From Piromyces finnis finn (taxonomy: Eukaryota; Fungi; Neocallimastigomycota), in contig MCFH01000007.1 of assembly GCA_002104945.1 (NCBI GenBank), forward strand, positions 1,178,001 to 1,242,000: DNA of 64,000 bases, given 5' to 3'. This document shows, one piece after another, positions 1 through 13,901 of this stretch. The first letter of the stretch is position 1, and every line of letters starts with the position of its first letter. Under the pieces are notes generated by a model that did not search any database, was not told the origin of the DNA, and worked only from the letters and a program-made list of their open reading frames with translations. The position numbers and the translations under genes were made by a program.

Positions 1-3000
1 ACCGTTATTATTGTTCTTTCCATTATAAACCATTGTACCATTACTTCCTTTGGAACTATTGTTGCTTATATAATTAATTTTATTCATCATATTATCATTA
101 TAGCCTGAACCATTATATCCATTTTGTGGCACGAATGGATTATTATTTAACATTGATGAATTAATTGATCCATTACCGTATATAGAATAGGAAGAATTTG
201 AATTGTATGGCATATTATTGTTTTGACGATTTTTCATTATATTATTACTGGATGTATTGGTTTTTTTATTGTCTTGATACACATCATCATCAAAATCAAT
301 AAAATTATATTTAGCTAAGAATCCCCAACCAAGAAGCTTTTTCTTAGTCTTACTGTGGGTGTCATTAGGTTTATTATCTAAATTTGTAGTATTTGATGAT
401 AACGATATTGGTGATGTTTTATTGAACAGCATATTATTAGAATGATTATTAGTAATTGAATTCAAACTAGCATTATTTTTATTTCCTGAAGTAACTGGAA
501 TTGCACTTTTATTAATATTTAAAAGTGACTTAGTTGTTGTATTATTTATTGATGATGTTTGACCTTCATTAATATTGTAAAGATTAGTATTAAGTTTAGT
601 ATTTGGAGGTTTCTTATCCGATTTCCAACCTAGATTAAATCCAAAATCAAAATCTACATTTTCAGATGAAAACAAACTAGTTGAATTTTTATTCTCATTT
701 TCAGTATTAAGCCATGGATTTTTAGCATCTGAAATTGAGCTTTTTTTTCCGTCAAATGATTTATCTATTTTTGCATTTATAGAGGATTTATTTTTATTAG
801 ATAATATAGAAGAAATACTTTCTTGATTTTTATTTTCATTATCAAAGAGAGTTGAATAAGCAAATGGACAAGATACACTTGACATAGAATAACTTCTTGT
901 TTTTCTGCATGAGAGGTTTGATTTATTACTAGTTGTACTATCATCTGTATAACTGGAAAAAGATATTGTATTTGAAAATGAATTAGTTGTTGTGTTGGAA
1001 TCTTTTAATCTTTCAGTCAATTCAGAAGAATTTGATGAAATAAAAGAATTAAATTCTATATTATTTTCTTTTTTATTTTGGAAATAGGTATCATTATTAA
1101 GAGAACAGTTCAAAGAAGAAAGGAAAGAGTCATCTTTAAATAAAGTCGAAGAACTACTGGTAAAGTCATTCAATGTAGAAGTACTTCCCTTACGTATTCT
1201 ATCAGTAGGTTTAGGTTCTTCTGCTTCACTTAGATCATCTAATGTCATACTCCTTAAATTATTCATATCATCTTTTGATTTCTTCTTTGAAAGAGAGTAA
1301 TCAGAATAAGATGAGATAAGAGGACAAGATTGTCGTCTAGAGGAATTATTATATCTAAGTTGAAAAGAGTTTATAGATTTTATATTCATTAAATCGTTAT
1401 TTCCAAAGGTATCAAAGGTATCTTGACTATCATTTTCCCATTCATGATCATTTAAATTAGAATCTGCAAAGAGTGAATCTACAGAAATTGAAAAAGATCT
1501 TCCTCTGGAAAAAATATTTGGGTAATTATAAAAGCCTATACTGTTTTCTGTTGAAATATTTTCCTTATCATAAAAACTAGTTATTGATGAGTTATCTTCA
1601 TCAAAAATAGATGTAGCTAAACTCATATTACCATTTTCATTCGATATACTTTTAATATTATTATCGCTACTACCTCCAATCGATTTCCTACTATTATCAT
1701 TACAACCATTATTATTGCTACTTTTTTCATTTAATTTATCTATAATACTAATAGAGTCTATATCATTTTTGCTTTCTTCTTCCCCTATTATTTTCGTTGC
1801 TTCCTCGATGCTAGCAGTAACCATGGAAGAATAGTTTGTTAAATCACTATTACTCATACTACGTTTTAATTCAATAGGCATACTTCCATTTTTACCATTA
1901 TAATCTATAAAATTTAGAGTACTAGAAGAAGAATTACTTAATGTAGTATTAATAGCAGATAAGGAATTACAAGATGAAGAACTAGAAAGTGCATAATTAT
2001 TTATAGATCCTGACAAAGAAGCACTATTTGCTAATTTTGAACTATCGACAGGTGTTGTATATCCTGAATTATCTATTTCATTTTTAGTTTCTAGTATTAA
2101 AAATTAGAGAAATATGTATTAATATGATTTATTGTTAAATATATTTATAATTTAAAGGAGGTTCTATTTACCTTTACATATATCATATATTTTAGTTGAT
2201 GGTGTTGATGCAGAAGATATTTGAGTAGATACACTTTTTTGAACTTTTGAATTATTAATTTTATTAAAACTATAAGAATGCCCATCACCACCGTTATATT
2301 GATTTACCATAGTAGAATTAGAAGAGGGTGAAGATAAAGAAGAAGAAGAAGCAGATGAGGTAGAAGAATAAGATAGTGATGATGCTATTGATAAGCATGA
2401 TAATTGAGATGGTGTAGTAATTTCATTAGGTATATTTAAATTAAAATTATTACAAGAATGATTCAAGGAAGGTAATGAACCTCTTCTACTATTATTAGAA
2501 GCGCAGAAATTAGTAAAAATATCATATGTGCAACAAATACTATTTCTGTGAGAACCAATACCCGAAGTACTACTTCGATAAGGTAAACTTTCAATAATAT
2601 TGTTTTTCCATAATTCGAAATTATTTGAAAATGGGGAATAAGCCAAACTAGCATAACTACTATCTTCCTTCTTAGGATCATTAATAGAATCTTCACCAGA
2701 TTTACTAATTAATAATTTTGATAGCTTTTCTCCTTTTTTCTCATTTTGATCTTTTTTCAATAAAATCTTCATGTCTTCAATGTCACTACCTTCTTCTGTT
2801 CGGTCTTCGATAATGCTAGGCATTTTAATTATATTACTATTATTCAATTCATGTAAATGAATATTTTTATTATCAATAAGATCACTACTAATAAAATCAC
2901 TTTCTTTCCCTAAAAATTGATAATCATCATTTTTATTACCAATAACCCCTAATAATTTTGACTTTTTCACTGAACTGGTAGATGATTTATGATATAATGA

Positions 3001-4021
3001 AGGAATAATTGATTTATTAAATTCTTTATTTTGACTTTGCTTAATTAACTTATTCTCATCAGCATTTGACTCAGAATTCAAATCACTATCACCATTTTCA
3101 GTTATATTATCTATTAAAAATACAATTATCTAATTAGTTATATTTATTACTACAATTCTATATTAAACTATAATTATGTTTAATAACTTCTCATACCATT
3201 ATTTTCTTCTTCATCATTCTCTGATAAACCTTTTTTATTCTTATTTTTCTTCTTCTTATTTGATTTTTTAATTTTTGAATTATTATCTTTTTCATTTTCA
3301 TCATTATTACGTTCATTATTATTGTTGTTGTTATTATTGTTACTTCCATTATTGTTATTATTTATCTCGTTATTATTATTATTGTTGTTGTTGTTGTTTT
3401 CATTATTACTGTAATTATCATTATTATTATTTTCTTGATGATTATCTTGATTTTCTAAATAATTATCATTTAAATTAATTTGATTACTATGTTCTTGGTT
3501 CTTGATATATTTGAAAATTAGGTAATTACTTGTATTTTTGTTTTTATACATAGAACATAATAAAGATATTTCATCTATTAAATTATTTAATAATCAAAAA
3601 AAAAATTAATTTCCATTAAATATTTTTATTAATTATAATACAAACAATAATAATTACCTCTAGTTTCTATAGCTTCATTATAAATAAATAAAAAATCATT
3701 TATATATCTTATAACAATATTTACAAATATTGATGTAATAAATGAGGATAGCATACAACTAGATATAAAAGTTGTTATTATTGATTTTAAACTATCCAAT
3801 TGTTTATATAATAAAGAATAACTATCCTTCAATTTATTATCATCATTATCAAATGATATTAATTCTAATAGATTAAACTCTAAGGAGAGTATTTTTTTCT
3901 CTTTTTCTTTCATATTTATTATATTCATTTTCATAATTAGATTATTCGCTAATATATTAGAATATTCGATAGTTTTATGACTTTTAACTAAATAATTAAC
4001 TTTTTCTGTATTGAGAAACAT
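1..4021 (-). CDS. Uncharacterised Ser/Asn-rich low-complexity protein, spliced; 3' end beyond window edge, 5' end uncertain
   Basis: Track ORFs 3629-4021, 3180-3551 and 2164-3081 join in frame through GT-AG introns at 3575-3657, 3111-3196 and 2091-2171. The frame then appears to continue from 2090 to base 1 (read in part). Several basic-Ser motifs (RRGSLP, RKGSTS, RRQSCP). No family recognised. Confidence 0.75.
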
Positions 4022-7000
4022 TTTCTCCTTGTTTATATCAATAACAATAATATCTATGTTTTTATATAATATTAATATTATCTTTTACTTTAAAGCATAT
4101 ATTTCCCCTTTTTTAAAATATTATTGTTGATTAAATATGATAGAAAGATTTTTTTATTTAATAAAGTTATTATTTTTATTATTAGTTTAAATAATAGTAA
4201 TAATAATTTGGTTTAATTATTCTTTTGTACTTTCGTATTTCAAATAAAATAGTAAATAAAAATGGTTTATATTATATATATCATGTATATAATTTAGTAT
4301 TAATTGATACTTTGAAAATATTAATTTTCTTTTCCTCTTTTCTTTTTTATCTCTATGTCTGTAAGTATTCTTGCAATTGTTATAGGTACTGTTTTTATTA
4401 TTATTTTTAGAAGTTTTCTAAAATTAAAAATTACTACACACTTAAAAAAATAAAAGTAGTTATTTTAATATAATGTGAAAATAAATGTATATTTCCTAGA
4501 TTTTGTACTATTAAAATGATATGAATATAATGCTGATAAATAAAAAATATTAAAGTACTAAATTAAGAATTTATAAATTTTTATAAATAAGTACTTTAAA
4601 TTGTCTTTTTTTTAAAAAAAAAAAATAATTATTGACCATATGATAAATTATTAATATTGATTTAAATATTGGATAGTAAAATACAAATTTTTTAATTTCA
4701 ACAAAATAAAAAATACTAAAAAAAATACATTATATATTAATAAATGATAAATGTTGTTTTACTTTTATAATTATTATTATTAATATTATTATTATTATTA
4801 TGTTATTTTATTATAATAATATGAATTTTTTAATACATAAATTATTATTTAAAACGATAAATATTTTTAAATATTAATTATGTATTATCAAAAGTAAAAA
4901 TAATGTATACTTAAAACATTATAAATGTTTATTCTATATGTAAAAAATTAATTTAGTAAATATTTTATATTTTACTATTATTTTATTTAATATTATAGAA
5001 TATATTTAATATGTATTACCTTATGAAAATTTTAATTTAAAATTCTTTATTAATACTATCTTTCAAATTCATTTCTTATATAATTAAAAAGAAACTGTAA
5101 AAAGAATGAAATTATTCTTTACACTTTATTTTTCCTTTTTTTTAAAAAAATAAAAAAGGAAAGATAGATAGAAAGAAAGAAGATAGAACTTTGAATGAAT
5201 TTAATAAAATCTTGTTTTAAAATTTCTTTTATACTTTCAATAAAAAGAATAGTATTAAATATTGAAAAGTTTTTATTATTTCATTTATATTTATAATTTA
5301 ATAATTATTTTGAAATAATTGCTTCTATTTTTTTTTTTTTTTTTTGATAAATATAATATAAATTTCTTAATTAATGTTACAACGCTTTTTTATATCAATT
5401 ATTTAAATACTTAAGTAAATATTAAATAATAATTCATTTAAAACTTTTTTCTTTTTTAAAATGAAATGAGTTGATATTGAACTTTCTTAACTTAAAATTT
5501 GATATAAAATGAAATAATTGCTTGTGGATTTTACAATTAAAAAATTACTGTTTTGCTTTTGTAGCAATTATTTTTTTATGGTTTAGTTGTGTGATACGTT
5601 AAAAAAATATTAAAAAAAATAACAAAAATTATAAAAATAAAAGTTTTTATTATCAACTATTATAAGAAGGAAAAAATTACAGTTTATTATTAGGATTAAT
5701 AAAATATTTTTGAATAGTTAATAAAAAAAAATTAATAAAAAAATGGAAAAAAAAACTTAATTTATTAATGAAATAAATTTAATATAAAAAAATTTTTTTA
5801 ATTTAATCAAATTAAAAAAAAAGTTATTTTATCAAATTAATAACATATAATAAAATATAATGAAATATGTAATGAAATATATTAAATTTTCACTTAATTA
5901 AGTTATTTAAAAAATAATTAAATTTAAAAATATTAAAATATGAAGTATAAAGAGATTAAATAAAAATATTAAAATGAAATAAAACTTAGTTTTTCATTAT
6001 ATAATGATTAATAATATTTACAATACACTTTTAGATTATAAGCAATAATAAAAATTATATAAAAAATAATAATAGTTAAATTATGTATAATATTTAATTT
6101 ATATATATTAATAAGTATGACCATAATTATTATACAATGATTACTTATTCATAACAAGAATAAATTGATTTACTTATAATTTTCTTAATTCTAAAATAAA
6201 TATTATTTAAAAATACGTATTTCTAATAAGAAATTATTGTATTTTATACTAATAGAAATATTTAAAGAATTTAAATTATTGTTTAATAATGATAGATATT
6301 ATGCATAATTCATATTAAATTAAAGGAAACTAACCTATTTTTATATATTATAAATAGCATAAAAGTATTCAAAAAATGCATAAAATAATAGTTTTTATTA
6401 TTCTATAGTTCAAAGCTTTTATTTTATATTTAAATTTTTTATAATTGATAATTTATAAATTTTCTCTGTTATAAATTATAAAAGATATTTATCTTAATCG
6501 ATTTTGTATTAAACAAAAAAATTATTTATGTTCTTTAAACTAAACATGAAATAATCTTTAAAGTATTGATTAAATTTAAAATAAATATAGAAATAAATAT
6601 ACCAAAATGGCATTATACTTTAAAATACTTGTTATTTACCACATAAAAATATAATATAATTATTTATTATAATAAATATTGTTACACCTCTATCATTTTT
6701 AATATACATTGAAAATACTATTGATTTAACAAAAAATTATTAAAATTTCACTCAAATTAATTCAATGTAAATATTAAATAATACTTAATAGCTTTATTAC
6801 AATAAATTAAATAAGAAATATTATATATTTATTATGAATATTTAACTATTTTATATTAATTTTATTAAAGTAATTTATTAATTAAAAAAGAAGTATAATA
6901 TTAGTTATATATTAGCTGTTGTATTTACTATATATTTCTGTTTATATTGAAAAAATGAAATATATTTTGATATTAAAACTTTTAAAACTTTATATTTAAT

Positions 7001-7538
7001 TACAATTTATTTTATTGTTCTAAACTCATAAATATAGATATGGTATTCAATTTAAGACATTTTATTTTTATAATAATTTTTTTTTATTCTTTTATTTAAT
7101 AAATATTCATTAGAACTTTATCCACCATTATCATTATAATTACAACATTTTATATCATTGATACTTTTCAATATAAATGTATTTTCATTATAATTAAGAT
7201 TATATAAGAAAGTTTACATATAATAATTGTTCATATTTCCTAACTAAAAAATATATATATAATAATTATTCAAATCTTTAATATTTAATTAATAAAGGCT
7301 AATCAATAGCAAAGAATTTCAATTTTCTGTTTTCTAAAAAATCGAAATAATTGAAAAATACATATATTAATATTATATAATATATGTAAAAAACAATTTA
7401 TTTAAATATATAATTAATTTGAATACAATTGATGGTACAATGTATTATACTTTAATATAATCAAATTAATAAACCTTTTTAAATTATTTAATTATTACTT
7501 TTTTGGAAATTAAATAAATTTTTTATATTAAATTCTAT

Positions 7539-7569
<31 letters not shown>

Positions 7570-9273
7570 TTTTAAATAAGTTACATGAAAAAAAAATACT
7601 AAAGGAATAAATGGATACTTAAATATTTTTATTTTTAAAAAATTAAATAAAATAAGGAATAAAATATAATAGTCACACACACTTTCCTCATATCATTTAC
7701 GTTATAATTTTATTATTATAATTATATATCTTTTTTTTTATTAGAAAAAAAAATTAAGATTAATTATTTTTTGTATAAAGAAAATTTAAAAATAATACAT
7801 ATATAAATATTAATATATGTATTATTATTATTCATGAATTAATGCTAAATTAAAACTAATAACCATTAATAGACAACAAAAAAAATGTAAAATTTACACT
7901 TACTTATTAATTATTAAAAATATATATTCACTAATAAAATTTAAATAGTCTCAATTATAAAAAATAACTAATTCCTACTTTCTAAATAATTTTAAAATTC
8001 AATTTAAAATACAAGATTTTATTGTTTTTTGTTTAACCCAAAGCGAAACATCTACTACTATTATTAGAAGTACATATATTAGATGAGTTAATTTATTATT
8101 GGCACGCCCATTTGAATCTCTACCACTGATAGGTTGAGCCACGGTATTGCACGCCTTCCTCAGTTTTAATAGAGAATTAAATTTATTGCGGACAAAATTG
8201 TATTTATTTTATCAAAAAATTAAATTTTTATTTCCTTAATCCCAACTTAAAATTACAACTATACTATTGGTTAATAAATATTTTAAATATATATGATTGG
8301 ATAAAAATATAAAGGGTTAAAGAAAATTTTTAAATTCTTAAAATTTAAAAAAAATTGGTTTATTTATATTTATTATTTTGTATTATTAGCTCGTTTATAT
8401 AATTCAAAGTATTTTATATATTTATTTATTTATTGTAGTTTCTGTAAAACTGAATTAGTACATTTAATACTTATTATTTATTATTTATTCAAAAAAAAAA
8501 AAAAAAAGAAAAAATTTTAATTATTATCTTTGTAATTAATATTTCATCATGTAATCTTTGTTATATAGTGCGCTAGTTTAAGAAATATAGAGTTTATTAA
8601 ATACATAATGAAAACTACAATTAATCGTTTTTATTAATGAATATAAAAAAAAAATAGTTTTTTTTTTGTTGTTTGTAACTATTTCTTACCATCAAAAGAA
8701 ATAATAAAATTATGTGTGTATTAAATTTACAATAAAAATTAAAATTTTGTCTCCATTTTCAATAAATAATTGAATTAATATTTTTGTTATTATAAAGAAG
8801 CAGAATCATTAAATGTTATTTTGAATATGCTGATAAGATGATAAATATAAAAAAAGTAATAATTATTCAATATTTCTAATACAAAAAGGAGTTAAGGTGT
8901 TATTTTATATTTGATAAAAGAATATAGTATAATGAAATAATGGATGTTTTATTTATTAATTAATATATATTTTAAATTTTATATACACTTTTTTCCATTA
9001 TAATAATCATAAAATTTATTTAATATTAACAAATTTCTAAAAAAATTAATTTAATAAATAATTATAATAATAAAAAAGAATATTAAAACTAACTTGAATT
9101 TATAAAATTCAAAAATATAATTTATTTAAAAATATATTATTAAAAAATACATTTCCAATTATATGTTTTTATTTAATTAATACTTTTCTTAAGTAGTATT
9201 AATTTAATAATAATAATAATAATAATAATAGTAATAATAATAATTAAAATATTTTTAATCAAATTAAGAATCC

Positions 9274-9460
9274 ATGGAACAACAATCAGCATCAACAGAA
9301 GTTGTATTGGCAACAGCTGGTTATGATCATACAATTAGATTTTGGGAAGCTTTAAGTGGTATCTGCTTAAGAACTGTTCAACATCCTGATTCTGTAATAT
9401 CTTATTATTTATAATTTATGTGAAATAATAAATAGTTATAAATACATAAAATTCTTAATT

Positions 9461-9495
<35 letters not shown>

Positions 9496-11386
9496 CATTT
9501 ATAATTTATATGCTATTATTTTATAATTGACATTCTTTATATATTTTTGTATATCTATGTTATTATAAATTCTATAGGTAAACAATCATTTATTTTTTTT
9601 AAAAAATTTGAAAAATAAGATATAGTTATATTAAAATGGATTTCAATAAATTTAATTTTAAAAATGAATATTGAATAAATCATTCAAACAATTGAATTGT
9701 ATTTAAAAAGTAATTTTTATTAACAATTATTTATAAAAAAATAAACAACAACAACAACAAACAGGTTTAATTATAATACATATATTGGGCAGTAGTAATT
9801 CAAAAATATCTATAGAAATTAGTTCAATTATATACAAATTATTTAATTATTTTTATACTTAATCATAATTTTTCATTCAGTGTGAGAAAATATGTTTTTA
9901 ATGTTAAAAATTAATCAGAAAGTTCCATGTAATTTTTAAAGGAACAATACAATCTTTTCAAGCATATAAATTCAACAATACTTTAAATAATAAAAGTTTA
10001 TACCATTTAGTTGAATATATATTATTTATTATTCCTCTTTAATTTTTTTATATTATTTAGATATTTACTTTAATACAAAATCTAAAATATAATTTTTATT
10101 TTGAAATTGCAATTTATTAAAAAATTAAGAAAAAAAAGAATGATTATAAAGACGTTTCCACTACCTAAATGAAATAATAAAATAGATTAAATTCATACAA
10201 ATTAATATTTTTAATGTTTTTAATTGCCAACATTATATACTAATATATATTAAAATATTGATGATAATAGCAAGTAAATAGATTAGCTATTTCCCCTGAT
10301 AAAAGATATTTAGCAGCAGCTGGTATTACTTATATTTTAATATATATAATAGTTATAAAATTTTTAAATACTAACAATTATGTTATATTTACTTGAATAT
10401 TGTTGTGAAGGTAATCCACATGTTCGTTTATACGAAGTCCAAACAAATAATCCAAATCCAGTACGTTTTAATTTTCAATTGTTAAATTTTCATTTTTTTG
10501 AATTAAAATAAATAATTTTCAATATTTTGTTTTTACCTTTCTTAATTTAATTAATAAAAGGTTGTTAATTTTGATGGACATACTGGTAATGTAACTGCTA
10601 TTGCATATCAATCTGCAGGTAGATGGATTGTTACAGGTAGTGAAGATGGCACTATAAAGATTTGGGATGTTAGGTAATTTTATTATTATAATTATTATTT
10701 TAATTAAATATTAATGTATATAATAATTTTAAAATAATAAAAAAAAAATAATAGAGCACCAGGGGTTCAAAGAGATTATGAATTAAAAGTACCTGTTAAT
10801 GATGTTATTATTCATCCTAATCAAGGTGAACTTGTTTCTTGTGATCAAAGTGGTTCCATAAAGGTTTGGGATTTAAGTGAAAATCTATGTACTCATGAAT
10901 TAGTAAGTTTTAATGTGGTATTTTTGATGTAATAATAATTAAACTACTCAATATTTAAATATTTTAAGCAAATGATATATACTTAAATTTTGTGATTTTA
11001 ACCACATTTTTATAGTTACCAGAGGAAGATGTTCCAGCTCGTTCTGTATCTATGGCAGCTGATGGTTCTATGCTAATTTGTAGTAATAATAAGGTAATTA
11101 TTAATGTTATTATTTTAGAAATTTAAATATATACATCAAATAATATTTTTATATATTATTATTAAGACAAATTAATAATATATAAATTATCTATATTTAA
11201 TATATTTATTAGGGTAATTTTTATGTATGGAAAATGAAAGAAAAAGGTGATTTAACTGAACTTGAAGCAGTTCAAAAAGTTAACGCTCATAGTAAATATA
11301 TCACAAAATGTGTATTAAGTCCAGATACAAGGTAATTTTTAGTTTTTCTAGTTAAGTAAATAGAACAATAAAATCAAAAAAATATG

Positions 11387-11418
<32 letters not shown>

Positions 11419-11859
11419 TATCATTATATATATTAATGTTGTATTTTATTTTTGATAATTATTATAAATTGATTAAAAAAAATTTTTTTTTCTACATTAT
11501 TACTATAGATCATTAGCAACATGTAGTGCAGATAATACTGTTAAAATATGGGAAAATGTTAATAATGATGGTCAATTTTCTTTAACAAAAAAATTAGTTG
11601 GTCATCAAAGATGGGTTTGGGATTGCTCATTTTCTGCTGATTCAGCTTATTTAATAACAGGTAAATTATATATAAATAGGCAAATAATATAATAATTATA
11701 GAATATATATTATATTTATTTTAATTTTTATTTTTATTAATAGGATCATCTGATCACACAGCAAGATTATGGGATTTAAATACTTCTGAAACTATTCGAA
11801 CCTATAATGGACATCAAAAGGCAGTCGTTTGTGTTGCCTTACATGATGTTAGTTTATAG
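9274..11859 (+). CDS. LST8: TOR complex subunit LST8 (WD40 repeat protein)
   Basis: Exons 9274-9393, 10271-10322, 10411-10460, 10561-10673, 10755-10902, 11016-11093, 11213-11331, 11509-11660, 11744-11859 join in frame with GT-AG ends. Translation [57 protein letters not shown]...[31 protein letters not shown] is typical LST8. Confidence 0.97.
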
Positions 11860-13901
11860 GTATTACTTAATAATATTTATAAATATATCTTTTTTATATT
11901 ATAATTTTTAATAATCTTAAATTTTAAATTAAAATAAAAGTTTAATATACCATTATTATTTTAAATAATAATAATTTTTTTTGAAAAATTATAAATATAT
12001 TTTATTTTAATTAGGATTATTTATTAAAATATTATTTGATTCATTTAAAATTTTTCAAAACAAAGAAAAAAAAAATTAATTATACCTTTTATTTTTTATC
12101 TAAACTTTAATGTACAAACAAACAAACAAACAAACAAACAAATAAATAAATAAGTAAATAAATAAATAAATAAATAAATGTTTAATAAAAGTTATGTTAT
12201 TATATTGGTTTTATTATTTATATTTAATTTTGTCAACTTTAATATTGCTAAGTAAGGGTTAAAATTTATTATTTGTTAAAGTAGTATAAATTTATATGTA
12301 TTTAAATATTTAAAATATGGCTTCCGTAATAAATTTAAATATGTGACAAGTACTTATATAAATATTAAAATATTAATTTTTAAATTATAAGTATTTCACT
12401 TATAAAAAGATAAATACTAATCTTCATGTTCTAACTAACGATAGCGTTATATATTAACTTCTTTAATGATAAGGATCTTATTTGTATTCTAAAGTATTCT
12501 CTTACTTGGTGAATAGTTATCCAAAAATATGGAACAAAAATAAATGATTTAACAAAATAAACATGAACAAATATGATATAAAAAATAAAAAGAATAAAAT
12601 AGTTATTATAATATATTTGTTATATTTGTTTGCTCATTTATATCATTTTTTATATTTATTAATTAATCAAAAAATATTATATTAAATTTTGTTAAATGTT
12701 AGCAAAAAATTTCCATTAATATTTAATAATATTTTATTGTTAGCAACTATTATTTTATTTAATAATTTCTTCTTTTAAAATAGAAACAATACTATTATAA
12801 TTCAATGAGGAAATAATGCATCTAGATTAACAAAAATTGCTGTTATATTTTTTAATTAATAATTATAATTTTATAATATAAATTTATTAAAATCTTCAAA
12901 TGAATTTTTTTTTTTAAAAAAAGTTATTTAGAAAAAATATCTTTATATCTTTATATCTTTATATATAAATAAATAAATAAATTTATTTTCAAAAAAAAAA
13001 AAAAAAAAAAAATAAAATATAAAATATATATAATAAAAATCATAAAAATACAAGTTTCTATAAAAGAAAGAAGAAGAATTAAATAATAAAATTGTAAAAG
13101 TTAAAAATTTTAACATTTTTATTTTACATAAATATGAATCAAATGTTATCTACATTTTCAAATTCAAATACTTTTAGATCTAATATATCGCAGTTAACTT
13201 TAAGTTCATTTTCAACTCTTATTAAAAATATAGTTAATTCCAATTGTATTAGTAAAATAAATATTCATAAAAGAAATTACATTTATTTTAAATGTAATAC
13301 TTCTTGGAACAATAATTTAAGAGAAAATAAATTTAATTCCTTTTATATTAATAAGAAATTATTTTCATTTAAAAATAATATTCATTCAGGTAACTTTTAT
13401 GATATATTTAATATCCCTGTTTTTTTTTATAATAAATATTTTTATTAGTTATAACCTTATGAAAATAAGTTGCTATATTAATATCTATTATATTGTAAAA
13501 GAAACATATATTTATTCATAATAAAAAAAATAACTTTTTTTATTTAAAATGGTTTTAACATTTATTTGAAATATATTAGAAATTCAAAATATATATTATA
13601 ATTGTTTATATATATGTAAACAACAATATTATTACTAATGTATTACAATGATATATAACAATTATCAAAATAATGATATTTAGTTATTTATGCCAATACA
13701 TTTAAAAAAAGTGATAAAGTGACAATTTTATTTTTTTAAATGACTATTTTAATATAATTTTCACTACTCTTTATTTAACTATTTAATTTGTGATTGGTTT
13801 AATTTCCTAATATATGAAATTTTAAAAATTTAAAATTTAAAAATAATATAAATTAAATTCAAAAGTTAATTTATTCATATAATTTTTAAATTTTCTAATA
13901 A

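Noticed and set aside
4085-4110. Minus-strand KKGEIYALK, like a kinase subdomain II
   Set aside because: Followed at once by TAA, with no other kinase motifs nearby.
8101-8160. tRNA-like pieces on the minus strand (TCAGTGGTAGAG, GATTCAAAT)
   Set aside because: Too close together, with no acceptor or anticodon stem.
13134-13448. 104-aa ORF upstream of the dipeptidase
   Set aside because: Composition matches intergenic AT-rich DNA; no motif or splice support.
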